Of a stretch of DNA of 64,000 bases, positions 51,072 to 63,830 are shown one piece after another. Both the position numbers and the translations under genes were made by a program. The stretch is from Lingula anatina. Its lineage: Eukaryota; Animalia; Brachiopoda. The notes below the pieces were generated by a model that did no database searches, was not told the origin of the DNA, and saw only the letters and a program-made list of their open reading frames with translations. Location: positions 4,402,001-4,466,000 of the forward strand of contig CM120643.1 of the NCBI GenBank assembly GCA_051362555.1, given 5' to 3'. Each line of letters starts with the position of its first letter. The first letter of the stretch is position 1.

Positions 51072-54000
51072 TTTTATGTACAGACACAGATGTGTCTGTA
51101 CATATTGCCATCACCTGCGTCTGTCGTCGCCGTCGTCGCCGATGGCGATGCCGATGCCGATGCCGATGCCGATGCCGTGCACTTTCCTTGTAAACACGAT
51201 AAGTGGAACACTATTTTATTTTTTGCTTTTATATTTACAGAGCTGATGAATATTCATAAAACGCAGGTCAAGTTCGAAAATCAGCATGATCGGGCCATTA
51301 TAGTAGAAGTTATGCTGTTTTTTCACTTTTCAGCATATATGCAACCCTGTAAACACATTTTAAGGAAAACCTTTAGGCCAATTGTCATTAAACTCACAGG
51401 AGTGGTCAATCTTACTAAAACGCAGGTTGAGTTTGAAAATCAGCATAATCGGGCCATTATTTTATAAGTTATGCTGTTTTTTCACATTTCCTCAGATTCA
51501 GTTCTTAGGCATATGTTAACAGTCTTATTATTTAACTAATAAGATACGTAAAAGTGTTTGTTTGACATTTCCTGCATCTTTACAACATTGTTATTTGATT
51601 ATGTAAAAATGATGGTAAACTTGTTATCGTGTATTGTGTAATAAAGTGTCAAAAATGGAAATAAACTCATATCATTGCAGTTTGTCATATTCAATAATTC
51701 AGTATGTTCAGAATCTCAGAATGGAAGAAATTGGACATTTTACACTATTCTATTGATATTTTTCCCATCTCAACAATTTTCTTAGTTGATTTTATAAAAA
51801 TGGCAGTAAACTGTTAATTTTGTTTTGTGTAAAAAAATTGTTAAAAATGGGAAAAAAAACATTTCAGAACAGTGCTGTCTTGTTTCACATTTCTACAGAT
51901 TCAATTCTTAGGCATGTTAACAGTCTCATTATTGAACTAATAAGATACGTAAAAGTGTTTGTTTGACATTTCCTTCATCTTTACAACATTGTTAGTTGAT
52001 TATGTGAAAATGATGGTAAACTTGTTATCGTGTATTGTGTAATAAAGTGTCAAAAATGGAAATAAACTCATATCATTGCAGTTTGTCAGATTCAATCATT
52101 CACTATGTTCAGAATCTCAGAATGGAAAAAATTGGACATTTAACACTGTTCTATTGATATTTTTCACATCTCATCAATTTTCTTAGTTGATCATATAAAA
52201 AATGGCAGTATCCTATTAATTTTGTTTTATGTAAAAAATTGTTAAAAATGGAAATAAACCCATTTCAGAACAGTGCAGTCTTGTTTACATTTTGGCATTT
52301 TTAAGGTGTGACTTTGAAGTTCCATCGGCCTAAAAACCTTTGTTAGTCACGTTTTCTGTTTGTCCATGATACTAATATTTTATTATTAAAAATTGATGGT
52401 CATTATGCTGTTAAACATTATGTAATATTGCATCAAAATTTGAAAAAAACCTATTTTGGGCACTGCTCCCATGATGACCATTTAAGAAAAACCATGTCAC
52501 TTATTGTTCGCAAACAGTACAGTTAATATGTACAGATGTGTCAGTACATATTGCCATCACCTGCGTCTGTCGTCGCCGTCGTTGCCATCACTGTCACTGT
52601 TGCCGGGGCTGTGCACTTTCATTGTAAACACGATAAGTGGAAGAAAGTTTTACTTTTTGGCTGTATATTTACACAGCTGATGAATATTCATAAAATGCAG
52701 GTCAAGTTCGAAAATCGGCAGGATCGGGCCACTATTTTAGTAGTTATGCTTTTTTTTTTCACTTTTCAGCATATATGCAACACTGTAAACACAATATAAG
52801 AAAAACAGATGGGCCAATTGTCATTAAACTTACAGGAGTGGTCATTCCTGCTAAAACGCAGGTTGAGTTCAAAAATCAGCATAATCAGGCCATTATTTTA
52901 AAAAAATGCAGTTTTTTCACATTTCCTCAGATTCAATTCTTAGGCATGTAAACAGTTTCATTATTGAACTAATAAGATACGTAAAAGTGTTTGTTTGGCA
53001 TTTCCTGCATCTTTACAACATTATTAGTTGATTATGTAAAAATGATGGTAAACTTGTTATCATGTATTGTGTAATAAAGTTTCAAAAATGGAAATAAACC
53101 CATATTATTGCAGTTTGTCAGATTCAATCATTCACTATGTTCAGAATCTCAGAATGGAAGAAATTGGACATTTAACACTGCTCTGTTGATATTTTTCCCA
53201 TCTCATCAATTTTCTTAGTTGATCATATAAAAACGGCAGAAAACTGTTAATTTTGTTTTATGTTAAAAATTGTTAAAAATGGAAAAAAAAAATTTCAGAA
53301 CAGTGCTGTCTCGTTTACATTTTGGCATTTTCAAGATGTGACTTTGAAGTTCCATGGGCCTGAAGACCTTTGCTAGTCACATTTTTTGAATATCCATAAT
53401 ACTAATATTTTATTATTAAAATTGATGGTCATTATGCTGTTAAACATTATGTAATATTGCATCAAAATTTGAAAAAAAAAACTATTTTGGGCACTGCTCC
53501 CATGATGACCATTTAAGAAAACCATGTCATTTACTGTTCTCAAACTTACAGGAAAGAAACATGGGACTAAAATACAGCTTCAGTAGGAAATACAGTCTGT
53601 TTGGTAATTCTTACTGCCAGTTAAACAGTTTTTTTGTGAAAATTTAATTTTTCACATATTGGCATTTTCAAGGTGTGACTTTGAAGTTCCACGGGCTTGA
53701 AGACCCATGCTAGTCACATTTTCTGAAAATCCATGATACTTATATTTTATTATTAAAAATTGACGGTCATTATGCTGTTAACCATTATGTAATATGGCAT
53801 CAGAATAGAAGAAAACACAATTTTGGGTGCTGCTGCCATGATGACCATTATGGGAAAACCATGTTACTTTTGATTGCCAAACTTTCAAAAAAGAAATACA
53901 GGACTAAAATGCAGTCTGAGTCGGAAAAGCAGTCTAATTGACTTCTTTTTCTGGAAGTTATACATTTTCAAAGTGTAAACTTGTCACATATTTTAATTAC

Positions 54001-54151
54001 ATTGGTATTACCTGTTGAGGATAATTAAAATTTGATGTTGAATTTGCAGTTTAACATAATGTATTTTTGCATCAGAATTGACAGTAGCCTATTTTGTGCA
54101 TAGTTATTTCCTGTTTTTTGTCTGTACATTTGACAGCTTTGCTGCCTTGTT
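51072..54151 (+). mobile_element. Second non-autonomous Helentron (HINE) with internal duplications
   Basis: 5' subTIR ATGTACAGAC with hairpin GTCTGTACAT and (GCCGAT)n microsatellite; duplicated head at 52527. 3' GTCTGTACAT, stem-loop GACAGC-TTT-GCTGCC and TTGTT end. Confidence 0.85.
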
Positions 54152-54184
54152 ATTAAATATGACTATATAAGTATTTTTCTGATT

Positions 54185-54316
54185 TCCTGGTCGCAAAGGT
54201 GATGCTATTTATGCGACAATGGCCTCATGTTTGGTCGCATTACGATCGTTTTTTATGAGACAATAATGAAATTTATGGGTCAAATGTCGCAAAGTCGCGC
54301 CATTTCTGTATCGCTG
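54185..54316 (-). mobile_element. Probable hAT terminus with GTCGC subterminal repeats
   Basis: The minus strand begins CAGCGATACAG and has several GTCGCA/TGCGAC motifs. It would be the 5' end of the hAT, separated from it by the HINE. Confidence 0.45.
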
Positions 54317-54444
54317 TCCGTTTTTAGTTTAACAAGACTTTATTAATCGTTTTCTTTTCTCTTCCTTTTATTCGTAAAACTTCTCATCTTTTTCTCTATT
54401 GGTTTTCTTTTTCTTCATTAAAAATAAAAGTTTCGAACTATGTC

Positions 54445-54904
54445 TCACCTCCCATCAGGGTAGCGCGTCTCTCGCTCATGCAATCGCCTAACCCTCTGGA
54501 ACAAAGCCACCATATCCATCTCTACTTCTCCCTCTTTTACTTCTCTCCTGGGGACTTTGCTGCTTGGCCGGTCTTCTTCTCCATCCAGGGAACTTGGGTA
54601 CTCGTCAGGGGGTGTTCCTACCTTTAGCTTTCTCTCAGATGTCCTGGGGCTGGATGAAGGGGACTGAATGAGGGATGCCTCCTCGCCAGGTGTAACATCC
54701 ACTAGCAGTGGGGGTTCTTCCGGGATAATATGACCTGCTGGGTTCGTCTCTTCCTTCTTCTGGGCATGCTTTCTTTTGTAGTGTTCCACCAACACTCTTG
54801 TCAACAAATTTCAACCCGCAAAAGCAGTTAAGACAGCTCTTCTCATGGCGCTTGCGGTTGCTTTGGTCTGTAAATGATTTCTTGCAGAACAGACAGCCTG
54901 GCAT
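54445..54904 (-). pseudogene. Double C2H2/C2HC zinc-finger ORF downstream of the Gypsy integrase (1-nt frameshift)
   Basis: MPGCLFCKKSFTDQSNRKRHEKSC-LNCFCGLKFVDK(fs)VLVEHYKRKH followed by an acidic/Pro-rich tail. A polypyrimidine tract and AG lie immediately before the ATG. Confidence 0.7.
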
Positions 54905-55104
54905 GTCTAGGAAAGGAGAGGAGTAAGTTACTGTGAGAGGTACTGGAAGGCTGACCTAACAACTTTGCTGGTATGTAAGGGAGGGGGGAGTATTAGAGAC
55001 AAGCAACAGAAAATGGAAAATCCAGAAAACATGACATCGCACGACTCAGGTAAGTCTCTAAGTCGAGACTCTCCAAGTGTCGATTGAAACCATGGACTCT
55101 GGGG

Positions 55105-55945
55105 TTAGTGACAGAACTTAAAATTATCGTAGTACACGACTTTGGGTTTATGCTTGTGGCTAAGCTTTATCCGGTATACTAGGTCTGAAATTCGATCTAC
55201 CACCTCGTATGGTCCAGTCCATTTTGGCTGTAGTTTTGGACTCGCACCCTTTTTCTTGTTGAAATGAAAGTACCATACTTTTTCTCCCACTTTATACACT
55301 TGCCAATGTACTCAGGAATCATAGTTACGCTTCTGTACAACAGCACTCTTGTGCTTCTCTCTCGCTCGTTTCCAGACACTACTCAAATTTTCCCGCAACT
55401 GCAAGGCATAATCGGTTTGTAAAGCAGGTGAACCCGGAGGTTCCTCAATCATCACGTGTACCGGTAAATCAATCTCGCGCCCTAACATCATTAAATTTGG
55501 GGTTTAGCCGGTGCTGTCGTGTTGTGAGCTCCAGTAGGCCATAAGGAATAAGGGGATCTTCTCATCCCAATCCTTCTGATGTCAACTGTGTTCTAGAAGT
55601 TTTGCAATGCCTGTAACCAAGGTTCTGTTAAAGCGTTCTACCAACCCATCGGATTTTGGATTAAACAGTGTTGTTCTGGTCTTGTAGATGCCTAGAATAG
55701 TGCAAACTTCTTTTAGAACGTTTGCTTTGAATTTTCTTCCTTGATCTGAATGCAAACTGGCTGGTGTTCCGAATCTAGCAATCACTTCTTCCACTAAAGT
55801 TCTGGCAATCCTCATGGCCCCCCAGTTAGGTAATGGAAAGGCCTCAACCCCTTTGGTGAAATAGTCACTCGCCACCAATATAACCCTGTTATCGCGGTCA
55901 CTTTCAGGGAAGGGTCCCAGCACATCTAAAGAGATTAGGTGGAAA
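55105..55945 (-). mobile_element. Gypsy integrase with GPY/F module (degenerate)
   Basis: LDVLGPFP..DYFTK..LHSDQGRKF..PKSDGLVERFNRTL; KLQPKWTGPYEVV. Confidence 0.93.
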
Positions 55946-56148
55946 TGTGGTATTTTCCGTCCTGACATCAAACGGAGGGGGGGGGGTATTGTTACAATAT
56001 CATCTCCCTACCTTTATTTGGGAAAATACTTGTTCCTGACATAATGTCCTTCTGAAATCTTTTGTTGGAGATGATTTGTCTCAATGCTGTCAAGGTTTGT
56101 GAACCAGGCTCCAACCATTTCTTTTTCCTCCCTGACATCAGGAGATAG

Positions 56149-56699
56149 CAGGCCTACCCAACTACCAGACTCGGCACCTAAGGAACCTGAATTAACCGGT
56201 ATACCGGACCACACTACCCGTTTTCAAGGTGTGTGTCAGATCGCATTTCGGAGTATCAGCCAGCACACCGACAGGATGAGCCCTGGCATGCTCGGCTGTC
56301 ACCTTGATTGGATAGTAAACGATTGTCGTAAAATCGCTATATGATTTTAAAACCGGGTGCATAAATTTGAAAGCCACCTAGATGAACCTTAGACTGCCAC
56401 ATTAATCTAATACAATACAAAAAAGCCCTATCAAAAGTGGTAAAAACATTCAAACCGAATGTCATAAAGTCCCCATATATCCCCATAGAGACAATAAAAT
56501 AGAGTACTCTAATGTAAGAGTACAGTTTAAGGTTGTTCAGCCGAGCGTGGATGAGCCCGCAGTCGTGCTACAAAATTTGTTCTGGGGTATGATACTCCGA
56601 AATGCGATCTGACACACACCTTGAAAACGGGTAGCGTGATCCGATATACCGGTTAATTCAGGACCCTTAGGTGCCGAGTCTGGTAGTTGGGAAGGCCTG
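56149..56699. mobile_element. 551-bp MITE with ~110-bp TIRs and 5-bp TSD GATAG (hAT5-like)
   Basis: CAGGCCTACCCAACTACCAGACTCGGC... and its inverse ending AGGCCTG. GATAG at 56144-56148 and 56700-56704. Confidence 0.88.
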
Positions 56700-56775
56700 G
56701 ATAGGGTCCATGTTCCTGTAGCCATCCCCAGTCATCCACTGGTGTTCATTCTGAACATGATGCATGCCCCCCTCC

Positions 56776-56806
<31 letters not shown>

Positions 56807-56847
56807 ACACACACACACTTTGACTGAGTAAAAAATTTTAAAAACAC

Positions 56848-56883
<36 letters not shown>

Positions 56884-57795
56884 TTTTTGCATGTATTTTG
56901 GTGACTGTCTTACCATAAATACCAAACCATGTTTTTGTTTTACATCAGATTTGCAGAGACGCTTTGTTTAGTAAAAGGCTGCTTGAATTAAAAATTAGCA
57001 GGATTTGATTATTTTTACAAATACACATGTACAGTTTTATAAGTATTGAAAGAAACTATTATATAACTAATGGTCAAACTGGTGAATTTGCAAACCCATA
57101 GGCCTTGGCCCATATTTGTATATATTCAGTGCTGTCACAGAAAAAAATCTATTGAACTCTATTGTTGCAACATGTTTTATGTTTTGTGTCTGTATATTTT
57201 GCCAGCTTTGCTGTCTAGTCTTATGTTAGTGCTCATCTTATGGTTTGCCCAAGGATAATTAAGTATAAAAGATGTCTGCAGCAATTTTGTATAAGTAATA
57301 TGGAGAAAATCATTTCATTATTATATCTTTAAAAGAAAGAATTTAGCAAATTTTGGCAATTAATATATTGAAGCTTTTCTACTAATATGTACAGTCTTGT
57401 TGTGATGTCATTGTAGTCTTAATAAAAGATGAGTACTTATTATTACTTTTGTTGCTTACTTTGTAAGTTTAAGTACATTTTTTAAAATAAAATTGAATGA
57501 AAAGACAATTTTTTTCTTATCTTAAATATCCAAAGTTATGTATTGAGTTAACTTGCCAAAAGTAGTACTAATAAACTAATACTGGGTAAAGCAAGTCAGA
57601 ATGATGACTGAATCATCACCTTGTTATAAAAGTACTGGTACCTAGTAAATTCCCACCTGGTAATTCTGGAGCTCTTTGTAATCAAAGAATGTTTATTTAT
57701 TTAATTAAGCTCATTAGTGCAGAATTTTATTTAAGAGAAAGTGGGTTGAAATTGTAGAGAGGCATAGATAAAGAGAAGGGAGAAAGAGAAATTAA

Positions 57796-58131
57796 AGGGA
57801 TAATAACTCTTCGTATGAGATCTATATTTCACAATAAAAACATTGTGAATAATTCATAGATACATAATATATTCTGTTTTACCACAAAAACGGCAGTTCT
57901 AGCTATTATTCTGATATCTGAGCTTGTCTTTAGACCACGTGACCTCCATTGATGGCTATACTCTGTTAAAATCTCTTAAGAGATTTTAACAAAAAACCAA
58001 ACTTTTTAGAAAAAAACCAGGGACTAACTTTGAATGTAAAAATGGATTCATTAACCATTGATAAGTATGGGAAAATTGTTGTTTACTCCAGGAAAATTCA
58101 TTTTTGGCCAAAAAGAAGAGTTATTATCCCT
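57796..58131 (-). mobile_element. Kolobok-like MITE, TTAA TSD, 17-bp perfect TIR
   Basis: TTAA-AGGGATAATAACTCTTC...GAAGAGTTATTATCCCT-TTAA; inverted copy of 24684-25017. Confidence 0.9.
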
Positions 58132-58924
58132 TTAAATACTAAGAAAATTTCAGACTCATATACCTTTACTTTTTAATGCACAAATGTAATTAAAAAGTAC
58201 TGTGCAGATGTTATACAAATACAGTTTTGTAAGTCTGAAAATTAAATTGAAAAGTCTACAATGCAGTTTATGTCATTATTTTTCATGCTTACATATTATG
58301 TTAGGTAATTATAGGATTTCATCAACTGTATTCATAACTTTCAATTTTAATGCACTTCTTGAACATTTATTTGACCTTTGTTTTTCTTAGAATTATCATT
58401 TCAACATAATAAATGTACCAACCAACTTGTTATTTTAAATAAATATTAAATGATATTATTATTATGTGTTGTTGTTGTTGTTTTATTTATATGACTGTGT
58501 AAGAATATTTAGGTCTAAGAACTCAGTCCCATAAAAATAAGAGTGCATTCAGTGCTTTATCTGTCTAGGTAGATCAATTCAGGGGGACTCTTGCTGAATG
58601 TAATCAGATTAAGAGATTAGCATACCACCCCCTAGCTTTGAGTAGAAAATGGAAAACAAGCATGTTATAAACAAAAGGAGGCGAGCCAATCCAATTGCAT
58701 TCAGCGGTAGTCCCTGTGGAGTTGGATCGATTTACATAGACCAATAGTGTCATTGGGAATGAGTCCTAAATTGAGGCACCAGTAGATATGTCAGTGGCAA
58801 TACTAAGATGAATAAAAATAAAAGGATAAAAAGAAAGTGTAGTGATAGTTTCTAATATGATTCTTTTACTTCCAAAAGTATTTTATGCGGTTCAAAGTGA
58901 TAACATTATTTATATTAAAGAATC

Positions 58925-59100
58925 GGGGACCTTTGAAAGACAAAGTATATTGCAAGGTAAAAAACTTTTGAGAGGTAAAAAACTAGGCCATTTCTCCCTG
59001 CAGAATCTTACAGATATCATGTCACCTCTCTGTTCCATTTTCATCTGCCTCTCCCTAAAATGTCACAAACTGTACAAGCTGTTCAGCTCTCAGAAGACGC
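58925..59100 (+). pseudogene. Third, more diverged paralog of the 6317/27191 exon
   Basis: GTFERQSILQ and FHLPLPKMSQTVQAVQL align with GTESQSILQ and HLTLPK..TALTVQL. Confidence 0.4.
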
Positions 59101-59129
59101 AGTATATATACATTTTATGAAATACAAAT

Positions 59130-59695
59130 ACGTTAAAATGATACATACGTTACCATAAAGCGTGTAAATATTTTTAATACTATTTTCATTGGTTGTCTCT
59201 CCTTTTGTGCGCCAACACTATTTTAATGAAACACAAATAAAAAACATAAGTGTTGGCCCACAAATAATGTGAAAGTATTGTTTTCTGATTTCATTGTTTG
59301 TTCTCTGTTGTCTTGACTTTGTGGTTGCGTGCGACGTTGTATATGTGCGCACGCTTGTTTTTACGTCGCTTATTGTTCTTTGTTACGTTAAAATGATACA
59401 TACGTTACCATGAAGCGTGTAAATATTTTTTATTCTATTTTCATTGGTTGTCTTTCCTTTTGTGCGCCAACACTATTTAATTGAAACACAAATAAAAGAC
59501 ATAAAGTGTTGGCCCACAAAGCGAAAGAAAACCAATGAAAATAAAATAAATATTTACACGCTTCATGGTAACGTATGTATCGGTAACGTATGTATCATTT
59601 TAGCGTAACAATGAACAATAAGCGACGTAAAAACAAGCGTGAGCACATATACAACGTCGCACGCAACCACAGAGTCACGACAACAGAGAACAAAT
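59130..59695. repeat. Direct plus inverted duplication (foldback structure)
   Basis: 59130-59265 is repeated at 59385-59520; 59297-59450 is inverted at 59530-59695. Confidence 0.9.
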
Positions 59696-61999
59696 GATGC
59701 GTAACTCAGTAAACTGATTCTTATGTGATTTGTTTTTTCTAAGAAGCATATTTGGGTTCATATGTACTGCTGCATAAAAATAAAAATGTTAGATATACAT
59801 GTACAAACCTTAGTCGCCACAACTCTAGTGTTAAATATTTACAGTGCTAGAGCAATAGGCGACATCATGTTTTAATTGGGATGCTTTAATAATAATAACC
59901 TCATTTATTTTGGATGAAGGTCTATAGATGGACAAAACAAAATGGTTTGTTTGTGCAATAACCTGATGATAACGTTTAGATTGTGTTAAGCCGCATCGTG
60001 TCTTCTCTAACACAATCCCACAGTCAGTGCTATTATTATTATGTAAACCAGGTGAGCATTTTGGTGAGAGGTATTCAGATAGGACCAAGGTCAGAAGGAA
60101 GAGGAAGAAGCTTCACGTGCCACATTGCCACAATTTCCACACGTAGACTGAAATTTTGGCACTGAGAACTGCTGTAGTTTGTTGTAAGTACTGTATAGAT
60201 GATATAAGGCAACACTGATCATTTTATGATGACGATATTTTATCAAAAAGTATGCGTTTCCCACTTCAGGCGTAAGTACTCTTGGGTATATTTTACTGAC
60301 TTGAATGCTGAAATGAGCTTGAAAATTTTATTACCTTTTTGCGTTGCTTCTTCCAGAAGGAAAGTATTTGCTCATAAAGAAGTGAGAAGATTATTCCAGC
60401 CGTCCAAAGGTCTGAACGCGTTATTCCGTCTTAAACAAAACAAGACGACAAAGCAGGTAACTACCGGTAAATTCTCATCTCCCAATGGGTGCACTTTTTA
60501 TCTTACGACAGCGGCTTGTACACATATATCCTGTTAATTAAAGTTAACTGTTAACAAACAAGTGGTTTTCTAGAGAACTAGTATATTTGCTAGGCACTGT
60601 CGACCTCCCTTGCCTTCAATTTTTTTCCTGATTTCAATTTCAATTACACACCGTCCTTGATATTATAATTTGAAATAAGATATTGCATAAAACATTTGAT
60701 TTTAAAAAAAGTTGAGCTAAAGTGCCTGCATTCGGATTACGAATTTATTTAAGTATGGATGCATTGGTAGAAAGTAATTGGTAAAATCATTCAGAAGAAG
60801 TTATAATAAGCACATATAGCAATAAAATCCTGAATTTATATCACTCTACCCACAAAATACGCAAAATAATGTATAACTTAGAAAGTAAAAAACCAATCAA
60901 GATTATTATTAATATTATGTATTTCACTTTGTCAATTCCTTAGATATTATTATGAATTTAGTTTAATTTATTTCATTTTACATTTAATTTCAGTGCCTCG
61001 TAACAACCGTCTACGATGAGATAGGACGCACTCCCAGCAAAGACATCAGATTCGTGAACGCCAGCGCCCGCACCCATGTCAACGTTGTCTTAATGCTTGC
61101 GTGTCGAAGTTTGTCGTATAGTCAACTTGCAGGGTTGACATTTGGTTTGGTTTGAAATGTAATATTTGCTTTGGTTTGTAATATTCTGCATCAAAACATG
61201 TATCGAATGAAGTACAGCGTGCAACAAATGTTTTATTCATGAAACTTCTGATAAAAGGGACCAAATCCAAGCGTCAACCCTGCACGTCGCTGGTTTATTA
61301 TTATACATATGTAAATAAGTTGTAGTACAGCACTCTATCCGCACACGATGTTTTTATCATAATTTAAAATTTTGTTCATACCCACCAGTTCTCTAACCTG
61401 AAACGACACTTTTAAAATTATCCTAAAACAAAAAAGTGCCTTGCTTAAGTGATCTATGAAAATAAAATCAATTGTTGTAAAATAATCATTATGTGATGTG
61501 CAGGTAGAGCGCTGTAGTGGTATGACCGGTTGAATGTTTGATTGTAAAATTTTGTGTGGGCAAATATGTAATAAGACACTTTGTTATGCACTCGAAAATA
61601 CATTTTTATTCATATTAAATTGGATATGGACACAAATATTGATTTTAATGAAGTTAACTTTAAAAAAATAAGTAGACTCGTGCGTAAAATGTATACAGGA
61701 ATCTTCTCTTGGAAGAATATTTTACAAGAATCTTTTATTGGAAGAAATGACCGAGATATAAAACTACAATAAGCTGTTAACACTGTAATCCAAATTATGA
61801 CACTTAAGAATTATCGGAAGTATGACATTGTAAAATGTGCTCAAGTTATTACAGAATTGCCTACACGTATTAAAACAGGCCTTTCTAAGAAGGAAAATTC
61901 CTTTTTAAGAAGGAAAATTGGCTTTTTGCCTTCGTTACAAAGCGGAATTGTTAAGAGAAACAAAGTGTTTTATTTTGGCATCCTTTGACAATTAAAGTG

Positions 62000-62506
62000 T
62001 ACGTGCAGGACTGGCATTTATCGCATCCTTTTACAACTTGAAAAATCCTTATCATATTCTTATCGTTAACCACAGTTGTCGCAAAGCTTTTTTTAGGGGG
62101 GGGAGGGGGTATCGGTATTTCCTAGTAATTGGACGAACTTTTGTAGACTGTCAACTTTTGCCAATCCTCTAAAAACAAAGTAAAATCTTTATTGAATTAA
62201 CATAAAATCTGCATACGTATCTGTTTTTATATTTGGTACATGGTGTATGATTTGGCCAGTTTACTGATTTATTGTTTAAAACCCTTTGTTTTGTGGAATT
62301 TGTCTAATCAAATGTGAAAAATCAAAATTTCATCAGAAAGAAGACACTTTGATTGGTAAGGCTAAAAGTTTAATAAAAAAAATAAGAAGTTCAGTGTTTT
62401 ATTTAATGCTGATCTTGTACTTGGTACTTTCTTTATTCTATATTTCGGTCGGCATCAAGGAGTGATTGAGAACAAAAGGCCTGATTAGGTGTCAGTCCTG
62501 CACGTG
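62000..62506. mobile_element. MITE-like element, ~22-bp imperfect TIR
   Basis: ACGTGCAGGACTGGCATTTATC ... GATTAGGTGTCAGTCCTGCACGT. Confidence 0.55.
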
Positions 62507-63449
62507 CTGTTGGGTTATTTTTGCTGAGTGTTTCTGAATCACTGAGCACAAGTGACCGTAGAGTTATTTTAAGTAAACTTGTTTTTGCACAACCTTTTTA
62601 ATTTTGTTTACATACTGTTCTCAAAGTGACTATGACTGGGATAAGGTTGTAAACTGACCATGTCTTCATGCTGTTCTTGATTCGCACGACGCATAAATTT
62701 AAGTGTTCACTCAAAAATGTGCCACCAAAATCCTATTTTAAGATTTAAAGAGAAGAAAAATGACGCAAAATATAAGGTACATATCCTTTTATCTATAAGA
62801 AAAGCACTCATCAAATTTGCAGAATTGAATAATGTTTGACTGCTGTTTGGTGTTGTGCGCGATCATCAGCATGGGGACATAGAGTAAGTTGTGGTGTCAT
62901 GAGTGTGTACCCGCGTGTGGGGAGAACGCTTACATGAGATCGTATGCATTTTGAATTTTCTATACTGTTGCCACCCTTGAATTTGGATAAAAAATGTCCC
63001 TAGAGAAATTTTGGATCAGTCACAAGAAAAATACATCAAATTCAACTTTGAACGATGGCTGTAAAATACATCGTCAAATCTTCAACTTTCTCTTATAACT
63101 CTGGGTAAAAACCTGAGAATTTCATGTTCTGGTCAGTATTATGTCGTCTTGTATGCAGTGTTCTTGAGCACTTTTTTAAAACCAAAATGATTGATCTTGA
63201 GCGACAATTTTCAAAATGCATAGAATCTCCCACACATTTAGTTGTAGATAGTTGTATTTAAGATTAATTTATATCTCAAATTGCGCAGTCGTTATGAAAA
63301 TTACTTTTTATGTAGAGCCAAAACGTAATGTTTGGATTTTGCATACATCTGTATGGTGTAGTTGTTTGTATTTGTTATAATAAACGTACATAAAAGTTGT
63401 AATAGATGATGTGCAAAATGTCACATGTTTATTCTTGACTTTCTTTTCT

Positions 63450-63830
63450 TCAGCTCGACTTGAACCTTAGGTTTTCAACTCCTAGCTCGTCCTTTTCTAC
63501 TTCTTAGTCTGTCGCCTTACCTACTGAGCCACTGTCTCAGTTCGCGTTTTTCCTCATTCGTTTGATCCTCTTATAGTAGTTTGAATTGTTTATTTTGGTT
63601 TATTTTTGCAAAAGGTAATTTGCTGGGACCTAGAAGCGCCAGGAATCGAACTGGGGACCTTCTGTCTCAGAGGCAAGCGCGTTACCTACTCCTCCAAGTG
63701 TTCCCACCCACCCTCCCCGTGTAGACTTTCTTCTTATAGTAACCAAAGAAAAATTCTAATAGCACCCCTTTGTAATTCCAAAGTGCCCGAGCCAGGAATC
63801 GAACCCCAACCCCAGGCTTTCACTGAGCCA
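63450..63830 (-). repeat. Three tandem tRNA-derived (SINE-head-like) pseudo-units
   Basis: Minus-strand A-box/B-box pairs TGGCTCAGTAGG..GGTTCAAGTC and TGGAGGAGTAGG..AGTTCGATTCC, plus a third GGTTCGATTCC. None forms a complete cloverleaf. Confidence 0.6.

Noticed and set aside
50977-51467. ORFs containing MPMPMP / DADADA runs
   Set aside because: They translate the (GCCGAT)n microsatellite in the HINE head.
56084-56725. Repeated peptide QLPDSAPK.PELTGI.DH.TRFQGVCQ in three ORFs
   Set aside because: These are translations of the MITE terminal inverted repeat, not a gene family.
63630-63700. Possible functional tRNA gene
   Set aside because: A and B boxes are present, but the acceptor and anticodon stems do not pair, and it is tandem with other degenerate tRNA-like heads.
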